The notes under the pieces are model-generated. The model was not told where the DNA came from, made no database searches, and saw only the letters and a program-made list of their open reading frames with translations. From contig OX597822.1 of assembly GCA_951406725.2 (NCBI GenBank), positions 104,718,001-104,782,000 on the forward strand: 64,000 nucleotides of DNA, in the 5' to 3' direction. This DNA is from Octopus vulgaris (Eukaryota). Shown piece by piece: positions 13,545-27,304 of the stretch (its first letter is position 1; each line of letters opens with the position of its first letter). A program made the translations under genes and the position numbers.

Positions 13545-14139
13545 ATATATATATATATATATATACATGTGTGTGTGTGTGTGTGTGTGTGATGTATATA
13601 TAAGAAAAATAAGAAAATACAGATAAGTAAATTATTAATTATATTCATTAATTACAAAGATAGGCATCGATTCAAAGAATTAATTAAAATAATTATATCA
13701 TTATAAAATTGAATCTTGTCGGAAGTAGAAAAAAGATATACCATTACATTTTTGTATTTGTATGTGTTAAATCAGCTGCGTATTGTTTGACAGAAAAAAC
13801 TTAGTGCGAACTTTATAAAGTGGGGAAAGGTAGTAAGTATGTTTAGAAAACTAAGTATAAAATAGTATAATATACATTAGATAAACATTAAAAGTATAAA
13901 GAGAAGAACAAGAAAAATACAGTAATAAACCGTATGATTAAGTATCAAATAAATATAAGTGGAAATATATTTATAAGAATTTAAGTAATATACTTTATTC
14001 TGGGTAGTCATTTAAAAGTATAAAATAAACAATATGTAGTAGTTAACGCTATAATTAATTGTAATATTATTATTAGGGTAAACATATGTATAAAAATTTA
14101 TAAAAAAATTAAGCAATAAGTGTGTATAAATATCCGAGA

Positions 14140-14512
14140 TGTTTTTCTCTATTCTGCTGGTTGCGGGTCTCCCAGAACTTTCGTCAATATCAACACTTTT
14201 CGCCTATCTTGGAAACTTCTGAACCACTCGTACAATTTATTGCGGCTCATATTCCCCTCTCCATTAATTTTCTGCAACTTTGCGTAGGCCTCTGAGCAAG
14301 TATCACCATGATCACCTTCTCTGTCTTGGTCAATCCTACGATCACACCTTCCTTCCAAGCACTGCTGTAAACAGTGAAAGTGACCTAGAACGTTAAAACT
14401 TAGTGCACATACATAGCTGAGTTGAAGCATAATGTTCGCCAAGCGGCTTCACTCCACATACTTTAACTTAGTTACTATGGCAACAGTCCAGATACTTATT
14501 GATCAAACCTCG
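14140..14512 (-). mobile_element. Truncated mariner: 5' TIR plus N-terminal HTH remnant
   Basis: TA followed by CGAGGTTTGATCAATAAGT terminus; translation DTCSEAYAKLQKINGEGNMSRNKLYEWFRSFQDRR resembles a mariner HTH. Confidence 0.7.
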
Positions 14513-14789
14513 TATATATACGTATATAAAATTCCGGATTCAAGCGAATCAGGTCTTTAACGTCGGGTCGGTGAAATCGCTATCGCGTACAAACAGTAAT
14601 TGAAGAGCAGTTGCGTTCTTACTAAAGTAAACACAGATTTATATTCCAGTTGTATGTATAATCATAAACAGTCGAATGAATATACCCAGCGTCTCAACTG
14701 GGTACAAACATTGCATCAATTGAACTGCACTCAACAGACTCTAGATCCGTGTGGGTCACTCACTCCACTTGTTTTTCTTTGGGTTTTTT

Positions 14790-15097
14790 TGGAGGCACAT
14801 GGCCTAGTGGTTAGAGCAGCGGACTTGCGGTCAAGGCATCGCGGGTTCGAATCTCAGACCAGGCGATGTGTGTGTGTTTATGAGCGAAACACCTAAGTTC
14901 CACGTGGCTCCGGCAGAAGGTAATGGCAAACTTCTGCTGACTCTTTCGCTACAACTTTCTCTCACTCTTTCCTCTTGTATCTTGCAGCTCACCTGCGACG
15001 GACCGGCGTCCCGCCCAGGTGGGGATTCCATACGCCAAGGAAACCGGGAAACCGACCCTTATGAGCCGGGCATGGCTCGAGAAGGAACAAACAAAAA
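14790..15097 (+). mobile_element. SINE group B, tail variant 3
   Basis: tRNA head TGGCCTAGTGGTTAGAGC...GGTTCGAATC, B body, tail CCTGCGACGGACCGGCGTCCCGCCCAGG...GAAACCGGG. Confidence 0.85.
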
Positions 15098-15569
15098 CTC
15101 CACTACCATCTATTGTAATTTGGTTACACACACATACACGCACACACACACACATACACACACACACACACGCAATTTAATAAACACATTATATGTTTTC
15201 ATGTGCTACTAATACTTTCATGCGATGAAAAGATCTCAGACAACAAGCTTTAACACGCCTGGTGCTTTCGCGTAATCCCAACACTGTACCCATATGCTAT
15301 AACAAGCTGAAACAAGACGACCGGATGTGAAAAAAAAAACGAGAAAATGCGAGAAGCAAATTGATATCAAACGTAGAAGGCTGAAAGACCGGAAAAAAAA
15401 AAAAAAATTAAAGGGGGAGTAAATTAGAGCTATGACACTTTTTACCGTAAATTTATAAGGCTGAGTCTGTGGTACTGTTACCCAATCCGATATATACATG
15501 TTCGTATACGTATATTATACTACAGACCCCGTTTCCACGTCGAAAACTTTATAGAAAACTTTACCTATG

Positions 15570-17140
15570 TTTATAACACTAAAGAATAAATTTGTTATCC
15601 TCTCTCTGAGCACTCTTAACCCAGATCAAATTACTTCATTCAAAATTCTTAGTGATTAAAGTATAATAAAAATTGATTGCATACGCGAGAGATATTCAGA
15701 TGGGAAGGCAGCGCATATTGAAACACAACAAGAATCTATTTAAGAAGAGTCAAACTAGCTCGTGGGGATTTGAGAAGTTAACGATAAAAATTTTATACGC
15801 AAAGGCAACAAGGATGATCTGAAATAATGAACATTTGTGAATATATTAGAAAGAAGCCGATACGTGATAACTATATATTCTTGAAAGTTAAGAAAGGCAG
15901 CTCTAGCAAATATATAATTAACGGCAATTATTTAATTATTACTGAGCGTATACATAGAAGCTATTAATTTTCAATACATAGAATTAAAGTCTAGTCCGGA
16001 ATATATCTTGCACCACAAAGTCGTATATACTGATTAATGAATGCTCGAACTCAGCGAGTTTGTGAACAGCTAGAGAGAATTATAAAGAATTATACCTCAC
16101 ACAAATACGTCCGTCGGAGATGTTCTTCAAAGTTTTACAAGAAACAGACAAAGTCGGTTGCATTTCCTTCATGGATGCAGAGAACTTCTTTACGAATGTT
16201 CGAACAACAGTCATGATATCATACGGAGTGAATACATAAAATAGCAATATGCTACGGAAAATTCTTAGAAGTTTTTTTGTAGGCCCACAAAACTTAGGTG
16301 CCTTTTTCGGTGTTCTCAAAGACATCATCATAGCCAGAGGAGGGAGTGACTACGAATTCTCCAAAAATACATGGCCAGCATTGAAAACAATATTAACCCC
16401 AAACAAAAGTATGTTATACACAACAGATTTTCTGACAACATATTCATTGTGACATATTCAAGATAGTTTTGAAATAATTCCGTCCCCGCTTCAATTTCTC
16501 ACTAAAATTCTACTCCGCACTCTGATATAAAGTTAAATATTAAAATTTCATATAGCACCCTGTCTATACACGCGTAATGTGCTAGGAGTGGAGGTGCAAT
16601 GGCCCAAGGGTTAGGGCAGCGGACTCGCGGTTTCGATTCCCAGACCGGGCGTTGTGAATGTTTATTGAGCGAAAACACCTAAAGCTCCACGAGGCTCCGG
16701 CAGGGGATGGTGGTGATCCCTGCTGTACTCTTTCACCACAACTTTCTCTCACTCTTACTTCCTGTTTCTGTTGTACCTGTATTTCAAAGGGCCGGCCTTG
16801 TCACTCTCTGTGTCACGCTGAATATCCCCGAGAACTACGTTAAGGGTACACGTGTCTGTGGAGTGCTCAGCCACTTACACGATAATTTCACGAGCAGGCT
16901 GTTCCGTTGATTCGGATCAATCGGAACCCTCATCGTCATAACCGACGGAGTGCTTCCAATGTGCTAGGAAAATTCTTACAGGATAGTGCACGGTAGGCTA
17001 TACAAGTTCGTCCGTCTAGTGTACTATCAAAGCATGAAAAAAATATATATTTGTAGTTGGGCAGCAAAGGATCACAGTAAAACATCGTCAATGGCTTTCA
17101 AAATATTCAGAATTTAGCATTAATCAAATCTAAAATAATA
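15570..17140 (+). pseudogene. Highly decayed Penelope-like reverse transcriptase, interrupted by a SINE
   Basis: Manual translation of ~16067-16220: QLERIIKNYTSHKY / EMFFKVLQETDKVGCISFMDAENFFTNV, resembling the PLE RT motif (S)LDVESLFTNVP; boundaries uncertain. Confidence 0.55.
16588..16957 (+). mobile_element. SINE group B, tail variant 1
   Basis: Near identical to the copies at 23334, 31022 and 60882; 12-bp TSD AATGTGCTAGGA. Confidence 0.95.
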
Positions 17141-17146
17141 AGGCAT

Positions 17147-17202
<56 letters not shown>

Positions 17203-17540
17203 CATTTTACGTGCTTAAAAATATTAGAACAGGAATGCTAAGGAGGTTATTTGTTATGTCCGGTCAAAGAGTAATCGTTCTACAGTAATGCATCTTGCCA
17301 TTTGAGTTTGAGGAAATGCCAATAGGCGCGAATCCAATGGCCGCTCTCTGACCGACCATAACAAACAACCTCATATATATATATGCGTGTGTGTGTTTAT
17401 GAAGGAGGTATAATCCTTTAAGAGATGTTAGCATCCTAGTTCTCTGGTTTATACCAGTGTTCAGTGCAAACTAAATATATTAGTTTTGCATTGATATATA
17501 TATATAGGTATAGGTATTTAAAATATTTATAAATGAGGAA

Positions 17541-17709
17541 AGGAAGAAAATGGAGAAATTGGCATGCAGACATCAGTTTATTCAAAGATATTTAAATCCA
17601 TATAAGGAAATTCCTGTAATTGAAACGGCTGTAGGACAGGAATTTCATTATATAGATTTGAATATCTTTAAATAAACTGTTGTCTACATGCCAATTTCTC
17701 CATTTTCTT

Positions 17710-17712
<3 letters not shown>
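17541..17712. repeat. Hairpin palindrome, 77-bp arms, 18-nt loop
   Basis: 17541-17617 vs reverse complement of 17636-17712: 6 mismatches, no gaps. Confidence 0.9.
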
Positions 17713-17763
<51 letters not shown>

Positions 17764-18822
17764 GAAGAATAATGAGTGTCCCCGTTGAAATGTAATGTCT
17801 AACTAGATCTCATTAGAGACGAACTGATATATATTCATTCTGTAAAGGAAATGTAGCTAAAGAAAAAAGAAAAAAGATAAATTGCATTTCGTAACATGAA
17901 TAGTCGCCAGTTGACAAATATGAAGTAACGAAAACAAATTCACCTACGGTAATGCTGTATTGTGGATACGATATAAGCTAAACGCACCCCCTAGATACCG
18001 AATTGAAGACTATACCATTAAACCTATTCAAATGGAACATATATATCCACGTTATCCATAAACTGACAACTAGAATATATTGGAAAAACACCACTATGAA
18101 AAACTTTCCTCTTAACATAAAATTACTAACCCGCACTCCATGAATGTATATTAGACAAACAGTGTTATATACAAATTTCAAAGCAAACATGAAACTTGTA
18201 AAGTTCATGGCTCAAAATGTTACATGAAACATTTATTTTTCCAGTCGATTGAACTTGCATTTACTACAAAGTGACTTTACAGTGGATTATAATAAACGAA
18301 ACTAAACAAGACAGAAAACTTTAATTGATAGCAGCACAGTCCGATATAGAACGCCTCAAAAATGTAGAAGATTCGCTATGTAAGGAATTATCAACACCAA
18401 AATAGAAATAAATAAAACCAACGTACCGATACAAGACACGTAAAATAAACTATGAAAGTAACATTTAATGGTTTATTTTATGCTAAACAATGCTAAATAA
18501 TTTGAAATCTGAACGAAGCGAAATGTTAAATGATTTTAAACCCATTAATGACGTTTTTTCCTCTGATCCCTTGCCCAAACGCAAGACGCGCCATTAATAC
18601 ATTCAGTTTTGACGGTGTGTGAAGAACGTTGAAAGAAATAATCACATAAGGAAATTTCTTATTCTAAAGCGAAAAAAAAAAAGGAGATGAGAATAAAGAA
18701 GGAATCGGAATGATAAAGGAAAACGAAACACACTGCTATGGTTCTATAAAATAACTAACGATACACACACACATAAACACAAACACACATACGCACGCAC
18801 ACACATGTATATGTATGTATAT

Positions 18823-18953
<131 letters not shown>

Positions 18954-19005
18954 AAAACCGCTTCTGCGCCTATAACTAAGCAAAGCACACTCACTATGTA
19001 CACCC

Positions 19006-19056
<51 letters not shown>

Positions 19057-19065
19057 CATATATAT

Positions 19066-19760
19066 AAAAACAAAAGATGGAACAAGAACGTAAGTTAGAC
19101 AATACAAAAGGGACAGGCAAAAGAAGGAGTTTTCTATCTTCAATCGAGTTCCAGATTCTCTCAGCAGTTTCTCAGCTGGTTGCACTCGAGACTGCTCCAA
19201 TCTAGCCGGCCCCAAAGAAATCTAAGCTAAGAACATTAGATTCCTTGGAAGAAAGCAATCGAATGTATACGAAAACAAGGACAGAACCAAAAACCGAAAA
19301 TGGTACACAAATACAAATACAAACAACAGGACATTAACAACAGGTGTCTTTCGACTAAGGACGGATGAAATCAAGCTGGTGTGTGAGGAAGTGAAGCCTC
19401 TCGGTAGGGACATAAAAAATGAAAGTCGTGGGGGAAGGAATATAGATGTTGTACAGATGGTAGTCGAACCAAGGCTTGGCAGAACAATGGTCACATGGAA
19501 AGAAAGAAGAGTGGTAGGAGCAAAGTGATAGAAGAATTAGGGCGGGACGAAAAAGGACAGAGTGAGATAAAAGAGGAGGGAAGGTGAGAATGAAGGGTAA
19601 GCCAAGAAATGTGAGACCAAAAGTGTACGTACGCCGCTATATATATATATAAAAAAGAAAACGAAAACGGAACAAGAACGTAACAGACAACAACAAAACA
19701 CCCAGACAGTCAGACGATACAAAAAAGTCCAGGAAAAAAAAGGACGGGTCATTCAGAGAT
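19066..19760 (-). mobile_element. Unclassified repeat in (AT)n, possibly Penelope-like termini
   Basis: Direct repeat AAAA..GGAACAAGAACGTAA..AGACAA at ~19070 and ~19660, each following an (AT)n tract. Confidence 0.35.
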
Positions 19761-19767
19761 TTATACG

Positions 19768-19830
<63 letters not shown>

Positions 19831-19885
19831 TACATATATATATATATGTATATACATACATGTATACATACATATATATATACAC

Positions 19886-19916
<31 letters not shown>

Positions 19917-19983
19917 GAGAGAGAGATATATATACACACATCCATACATATATATATGTATGTATGCATATATGCATTGTGAA

Positions 19984-20032
<49 letters not shown>

Positions 20033-20034
20033 GT

Positions 20035-20318
20035 TTACTCTTTACTCTTTGTATTAATAATTTGACTACGACCATACCGGAGCACCGTATTTAGTCGAGC
20101 AAATCAACCCCAGGACTTATTCTTTGTAAGCCTAATTCTTATTCTATCAGTCTCTTTTACCGAACCGCTAGCTTATAGAGACGTAAACAAACCCACCAAC
20201 ATCAGTTGTTAAGCGATGGTTGGTGGACAATTACAAACACACACATGCATACATATATATATATATACGTTGGGCTTCTTTCAGTTTCCGTCTACCAAAT
20301 CCACTAACAAGGCTTTGT
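20035..20318 (-). mobile_element. SINE group C, 3' portion
   Basis: TACTCTTTTACTC tail, CCGAACCGCTA, TTCTTTCAGTTTCCGTCTACCAAATCCAC. Confidence 0.85.
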
Positions 20319-20371
20319 CTTAACTTTATTAGTATGAGCTACAACTGTAGCTTAGATGATTTCATTTTACT

Positions 20372-20640
20372 TTAAGCATCATCATCATCATCAACAACAA
20401 CAACAACAACAATAACAACAACAACATCAGCAGCAATGATAATTATTATTAATACTAAAATTAACATTGTTGTTTTTATTCTTATTTTTATGATGATGAT
20501 GATGATGATTACGATGATGATGATCATCATCATCGTCGTCATCATCATTATCATCGTCACCTTCATCCCTTATGTTAGGCATTCTTTCTCATTATTATTA
20601 TTATTATTGTTGTTGTTGTTGTTGTTGTTGTTATTGTAGT
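20372..20640. repeat. Compound trinucleotide microsatellite (ATC/AAC/ATG/ATT/GTT)
   Basis: Directly visible. Confidence 0.95.
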
Positions 20641-20770
20641 TTTACTTGCATTTGTTTTATCTCGAAAAACAGTTCTATGTGCCTTCAGGCGCAGTATACG
20701 ACTTCGCTTCTTAATATTTTACATATCTTTTGAGCTTCATTACTTTTAGTTTGTATACATACATACATAC

Positions 20771-20940
<170 letters not shown>

Positions 20941-22681
20941 CACCTTTATTTGTGTTTTTTAGTTTTTTATGCTTATGCTTTTTGTACTATATGTACATTG
21001 TTTAACGTTGATAATTTCCTTGCGTTTTGTTTCCAGGGAACTATTGATATCTCTGAATAAGTTTACTCACTTCTCAGCAGAATATATACACCCGCAATAA
21101 TTGCGATTATATTTTCAACATGCACATTCTAGGTGTTTCTGCTTCTAATTCATTACAGTTAGACATTGTTTTTTTTTTTTTTTTCAATCTTATTATTTTT
21201 TTTTTTGTTGGAGTTTTTTTCTTTCAATCTGTTGAAATTGAAACAGCTTCAATCGGGCATACAACAACAATGTGTACGATTGTTCTGTTACGAGCTATTG
21301 AAGCCTCCATGTGGTCGCTCAGTTTGCTAGAAATATCAGCTCACATGAATAATAACGTGTAAATGTTCAATTAAAAAATGCCAAAATCTTCGAATGGAAC
21401 AATTCGAAGGCTTTTCGTTGGACTTAAGCCCTATCTCCTATAAACAAGAAAGGCGTTACACCATTACGCGAAAGCAATCCATCGAATTTATTTATCGAAA
21501 AGGCTTTTTCACCCAATATTTATATGCAATAAAATTATCTCATAGACCCGGATGTAAACGTGCAGCAAAATTTCAAAATCCGAAGAACTAAACTAAAGCA
21601 AATCAGCATATAACAGTTTTGGCGGGTTCCAAAATGATTAGCATGGTTCTTCTACGACGTAAAATTTCTCCGGTAGTATTCTAAATATTTCATTTTAGCT
21701 ACTTCATTTGGCGTTAATTGTAAAAGTTTTCCCTTAATTAATTACTCCAGTTTTCTTAATAATTAATCTCTATTTCCATCTCTATGAACTGCGAACTGCG
21801 CATTCTAGTTGAGTAAGCAGCCCTTTCACCATATTACAATATATTAAATCTGACAATCAACACATTGCGAATTGAAATGCACGCTGAGTACATTATTGTA
21901 GAACGCACCAAAGACGTTGTGGCCTATAAAACCATATACCGGTCACAGACAGACAATATTTTCTCAGTTCTGTGAACAGCATTAGATTCTCTTTTCAAAG
22001 AACATTATACAACACGCTCCTTTTGATACATGCGTTACACACATACGTATACCAAGACATGCATACACTCATACACACACGAACATACTCAAACACACAC
22101 ACACACATATATGTCTATATGCATGTTTGTATGTATATAATATATGAAAATAAAACACACGTAAAATTACAGACGTGGATAAGCGATACGCAAATATTAT
22201 GCATGCATCATGAACAATTCAAACATATACACACGCGTAAATGCACGCACACACACACATACACGCACAAATGCACCCACACGCGCACACACACGCTTGC
22301 ACGCACACACACATTCGTGCATGAATCTATATGTGTGTTTGTATGTATAGATATGTATATATATATATATATATAAAATACCTGTATGCTCATATACATA
22401 TATAAAATATGTGTGTATGCGCACATACATATATAAAATAAGTGTATACATATATACACATATATAAATATATATATATATATATATGTACATATACATA
22501 CGTACATATATATATGTGTGTGTGTGTGTATAAACACTCGCATCTGGATTTATAGACATAAATATCGATCACTGTTTCTATCTACCTCTCTCTCTCTCTC
22601 TCTCTCTCTGCTTCTGTCGCTGTCGCACACTGTCTCTCTTCTCCCTCTCTCTTCTCTCTCCTTTTTTATCTCTTTCTGACT

Positions 22682-22761
<80 letters not shown>

Positions 22762-22983
22762 ATATATATGTGAATAGGTAGATAAAAAGTGTAAATGGAC
22801 AGTGTTTACAAAATACCATTTCTTAATAAGATTCGAGAATTAAGATCTATTTACCATGTAAATATTCTAAGTTATTATCTTTATATCCTTTTTTTTTTGG
22901 GGGGGTAGGGGTAAGTTAGATATTGAAGTACGTATAGAATTGTAGATATGGAATCATTTATGTATGTATCACGCACACTTATG

Positions 22984-23014
<31 letters not shown>

Positions 23015-23049
23015 TCACACAAACACACACACATATGCATACACACAGA

Positions 23050-23260
23050 ACAAGAACAGCTTGGGTTTCAAGGACCCAGCGTCGTTTAGTATCCTTCCAA
23101 AAGGCTTCAGATCCCTGCATGTCGTGGATGTTGCTGTCCTCAAAACAGAACTAGACCTCTACCTGTGAGGTGTACGAGGGAACCCCACCTCGCGGCAGAA
23201 AACAGAGATGAGGGCAGCATGCATCATCAAACTCCCTCATTCAGCGAATGACATATATTA
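23050..23260 (+). mobile_element. LINE (CR1/L2/Jockey-group) ORF2 3' fragment
   Basis: Frameshifted translation approximating NSLGF..P..FSILPK..../VDVAVLKTELDLYL*GV..PTSRQKTEMRAA..SNSLI, typical of such ORF2 C-termini. Confidence 0.55.
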
Positions 23261-23333
23261 GTGGGGGAGGGGTTTCAAGTAGTGAAAGTTGCAAAGCGAA
23301 CGATGTTTCACCATCAACGCTGTAGGTCTTGAG

Positions 23334-23718
23334 TGGAGGCGCAATGGCCCAGTGGTTAGGGCAGCGGACTCGCGGTCATAGGATTGTGGTTTCGATTCCC
23401 AGACCGGGCGTTGTGAGTGTTTATTGAGCGAAAACACCTAAAGCTCCACGAGGCTCCGGCAGGGGATGGTGGTGATCCCTGCTGTACTCTTTCACCACAA
23501 CTTTCTCTCACTCTTACTTCCTGTTTCTGTTGTACCTGTATTTCAAGGGGCCGGCCTTGTCACTCTCTGTGTCACGCTGAATATCCCCGAGAACTACGTT
23601 AAGAGTACACGTGTCTGTGGAGTGCTCAGCCACTTACACGTTAATTTCACGAGCAGGCTGTTCCGTTGATTCGGATCAACCGGAACCCTCGTCGTCGTAA
23701 CCGACGGAGTGCTTCCAC
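23334..23718 (+). mobile_element. SINE group B, tail variant 1, full length
   Basis: Intact A and B boxes; 10-bp TSD AGGTCTTGAG. Confidence 0.95.
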
Positions 23719-23779
23719 AGGTCTTGAGCTGAAACTAGTAAAACAATTTATTATATAGATAGGTATATACTTATATATA

Positions 23780-25217
23780 TCAGATTATCCGGAAAGTTCT
23801 GGTCGATTTCAGAATTTATGTCTTTAAGCTCTTCCGGCAATGATTCTAATCTTAGTATGACTCATAGTTCATAATTGCTTGCAGTATTGAAGCGTATCTG
23901 CTAAGTTCTAAGTTAAATATCAGCATATAATTTATTCCTTTCAGCCATAATTGCCATTTGAAATGAAGAACCAAAAGTTGCATTTTTGCCATGTAATGTT
24001 TTTTTTTCTTTTTGAAAAAGGTGAAACTACCGTGGAAACGTGTAAAAAATCACTTATGGAGTTTATGGCGAAGATGCTGTATGTTTGTATGTATATAATA
24101 TACAAAAATAAAACGCACGTAAAATTTCTGAATCAATGAGTTTGAGTAGACACAAGCAATACAACATACAGTTTTGTGGATTGAACCTGGCTGAATCGTT
24201 AGCACGGCGATCTGGCAGAATCGTTAGCACGGCGATCTGGCAGAATCGTTAGCACGGCGATCTGGCAGAATCGTTAGCACGCCCGGCGAAATGTTTAGCG
24301 GTAAATTAAGTGTACGAAGATGCTTTGCAAAATTTAGACGTGATAAGTTCAGCTTGAAAGATAATAGTCGCTGCGGAAGGCAGATGACAATATTTTGATG
24401 GTAACCACTGAAGAAAACTCGGATGTTACAACTTGAGAACTTATGGAGAAGTTGGAGAAATTTCCAAAAGTACCATTCACGAACACTTAGTGAAAAATGT
24501 CTACGTTTCTTGTTATGATGTCTGCGTGCCTCACAAACTGTCAGATCGAAACTGCATGGAGCGGTATTCCATCTGTGATATACTTCTAAAATGCAATGAA
24601 AATAAGCCTTTCCCGAAACAACTGGTAACTGGAGATGAAAAATGGACTGTTTAAGATAATACATTGACACATTTTTTTAATGAATATGCATTCCAAAAAT
24701 GTCATGCTTGTGTCTGGTGAGATTTCAAAGACATTATTTACTATGAGCTTCTCTTACAAAATCAAACCATCAGTTCTGATATGTACTATCGTCAGCTAGC
24801 AAATTTAAATCAAAAGATCAAGGAATCGAGGCCAGCGCTCTCCAAGAGGAAAGGGGTTGTATTCCACCAGGAGAATACCTGAACACATTTGTCTTTGTCT
24901 ATCCGCACAAAGTTGCATCAATTTGGGTGGAATAGCTTGTCCCATACACCATACTCCCCTGGCTTTGTGCCATATCTGACTATTTCTCGAGAACTCTCTA
25001 AAAGGAAAATCGTTTGTTGGTGTCAAAACCCATTTAAATGACTTCGTTTTCTGAAAAGCAACGAGTTTTATGCCGATTAAATATGTAAAGTGCCTGCTAC
25101 GTGAAGGGAGCTAGGAGAAAAGGATGGAAATTTAATGAACAAAGATGAAAGTATGTTTAACAATTATTTATCATTTGTTGCGCTTAAAATACGTTAAGAA
25201 CATTCCGGATAATCTCA
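23780..25217 (+). mobile_element. Full-length decayed mariner (DD34D) transposon
   Basis: TIRs TCAGATTATCCGGAAAGTTCT / reverse complement TGAGATTATCCGGAATGTTCT flanked by TA; motifs MKNQKLHFCHVM, CVPHKLS (WVPHEL), VTGDEKW, HTPYSPG (HPPYSPD); stops and frameshifts. Confidence 0.92.
24193..24281 (+). repeat. 25-bp tandem repeat, 3 full units plus a partial, derived from the SINE A head
   Basis: Unit GAATCGTTAGCACGGCGATCTGGCA. Confidence 0.9.
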
Positions 25218-25563
25218 TATATACTTAAGATGGACCCTCCCGTCGTAGACGATGTATCAGTGTTTAGCTTCTGCGGAGCGATCTGCACAGAGGATTTACT
25301 TACAGAGATCAAATGCTCGAGCTTCACATTAGCTTGCTCTCTCCATCAAATCGATGTTGTCTAAATAGGTTCACTGTGTACCACGCATCGGTGTCGAAGT
25401 GATCGAGAACCCGTTACTCGGTCTAGGAATTGAAATAATATTACTTGATCGTGAGTGCAACCCCCTAATCGCCAAGCCTTGCGCTCCCTCTCCGTCGGTC
25501 TGTTTGTCTGTCCTGCTCCCTCCCTTTCTCCCTCTCCTCGCGCTCTTTCTCTATATATAACTG

Positions 25564-25624
<61 letters not shown>

Positions 25625-25674
25625 GTCTGTCTGTCTGTCTGTCTGTCTTTCTCTCTCTCTCTCAATATATATAT

Positions 25675-25970
25675 ATCACGTGATCACGTGACCGACCAGT
25701 CCATCAGACGTAGTTACACATCGCTGGTCACAATGCGTTCGCATTGTTTTAGCCTTCGAATGACGCCACCCCGTTGGCTAAGCGAGTAGGCCAACAGAAG
25801 AAAGAGTGGGAGAAAGAGTGGTGAAAGAGTACAGCAGGGATCACCCCCCCCCCCCTGCCAGAGAATCGTGGAGCTTTTAGGTGTTTTCGCTCAATAAACA
25901 CTCACAACGCCCGGTGCGATCCTACGACCGCGAGTCCGCTGCCCTAACCACTGGGCCATTGCGCCTCCAC
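25675..25970 (-). mobile_element. SINE group B, tail variant 4 (B-box deleted)
   Basis: Matches 56364-56665; lacks the TGGGAATCGAAACC segment. Confidence 0.9.
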
Positions 25971-25999
25971 TATATATATATATATATATATATGTATTT

Positions 26000-26480
26000 G
26001 AATTTAAACCTCCAAACCAGCATAAGAAGCAAAAGACAGCCCAAATCTATGTACAGTCTCCTCACACAATCCCGAAATAAGCTCAACAGCAACACTGAAG
26101 CCGCCAGTAAAAAAGAATGCGGAATGCCTAACTGTGGTATATGCGTCAACCTAATTGAGGGATTAGAATTCTCTTTCAAACAGGGTCAATGCTTCACAGT
26201 GAAAAGCAACTTCATATGTGCTTCGAAGAACCTGATATATGAGTTAACCAGCTCTGGCTGTTGTGACCAATACATAGACCAAACAAAAACAGTCTACGTC
26301 AAAGGATGGCTCTCCACAGATCCCAGATCAAAATTCCGAAAAACAGAAAAATAGCATTCAGCGAACACATCGACATTTGAGCCAATATCAAACAACCCAG
26401 CTTCAGAATTTTTCCCCTCTATCAATTCAGGGACGATGCAGCAATATGTATGCGAATAAATACATAAAACATTCAAATCT
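26000..26480 (+). pseudogene. GIY-YIG endonuclease remnant of a Penelope-like element
   Basis: CGMPNCGIC Cys cluster, then FICASKNLIYELTSSGCCDQYIDQT (IY-x-C..C..QYIGQT pattern); frameshifted downstream. Confidence 0.8.
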
Positions 26481-26483
26481 GCA

Positions 26484-26756
26484 GATACATACATACCTAC
26501 ATACTTACATACATACATACATACACACATACATACATACATACATACACACATACATACATACATACATACATACATACATACATACATACATACATGC
26601 ATGCATACATACATACCTACACACATACATACATACATACATACATACATACATACATACATACACACATACATACATACATACATACATACATACATAC
26701 ATACATACATACATACATGCATGCATACATACATACATACACACATACATACATAC
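26484..26756. repeat. (ATAC)n microsatellite with higher-order variants
   Basis: Directly visible; the ATGCATGC variant occurs twice. Confidence 0.95.
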
Positions 26757-26863
26757 AAAAAATACCCTGTTGTTGATGTGGAAATTCCATTGAAGGCGCT
26801 TTGGATCTAGATAAGAAACCGGTTCTTTCTCTATAGGCAAGAAATCTTGAAATAAACTGAATG

Positions 26864-26925
<62 letters not shown>

Positions 26926-26940
26926 GCACACGCACACACG

Positions 26941-26994
<54 letters not shown>

Positions 26995-27304
26995 ACAACA
27001 GAAACGTCGCACTGTAAACTGTAAAAGATTATTTGTTTCTCATACGATATTCAGATTATATGGATTTTATCGTATTATTAGGTAATTTGACATTACAAGG
27101 ATGTCACTGACCCACAACACCACTCTCATTTCAAAACACAAGGATTGCATCTAGAGTTCGAACTCGCTCACTTTGCGTGAACATGGTAGTGCTTGTAAAA
27201 GCATCTGCATGAAAAGCATCATGCACGTGGAAAACGTTGATTCATTGGGTATAATAGGCACTCATATTTACCTGCCTGTTGTTCCTTGATCGAACACAGC
27301 AAGC

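Noticed and set aside
13600-14135. Very AT-rich stretch as a mitochondrial insertion
   Set aside because: No recognisable mitochondrial gene or tRNA motif
23334-23410. tRNA genes at SINE B heads
   Set aside because: A and B boxes are present, but each continues into a SINE body with TSDs and has no T-run terminator
24193-24281. CRISPR-like short repeat array
   Set aside because: Units are contiguous with no spacers, derive from a SINE head, and lie in eukaryotic DNA without cas genes
24069-24325. CGAAGATGCT as a 10-bp TSD around the mariner insertion
   Set aside because: Both copies fit native transposase coding (GEDA and RRCF), so this is likely coincidence
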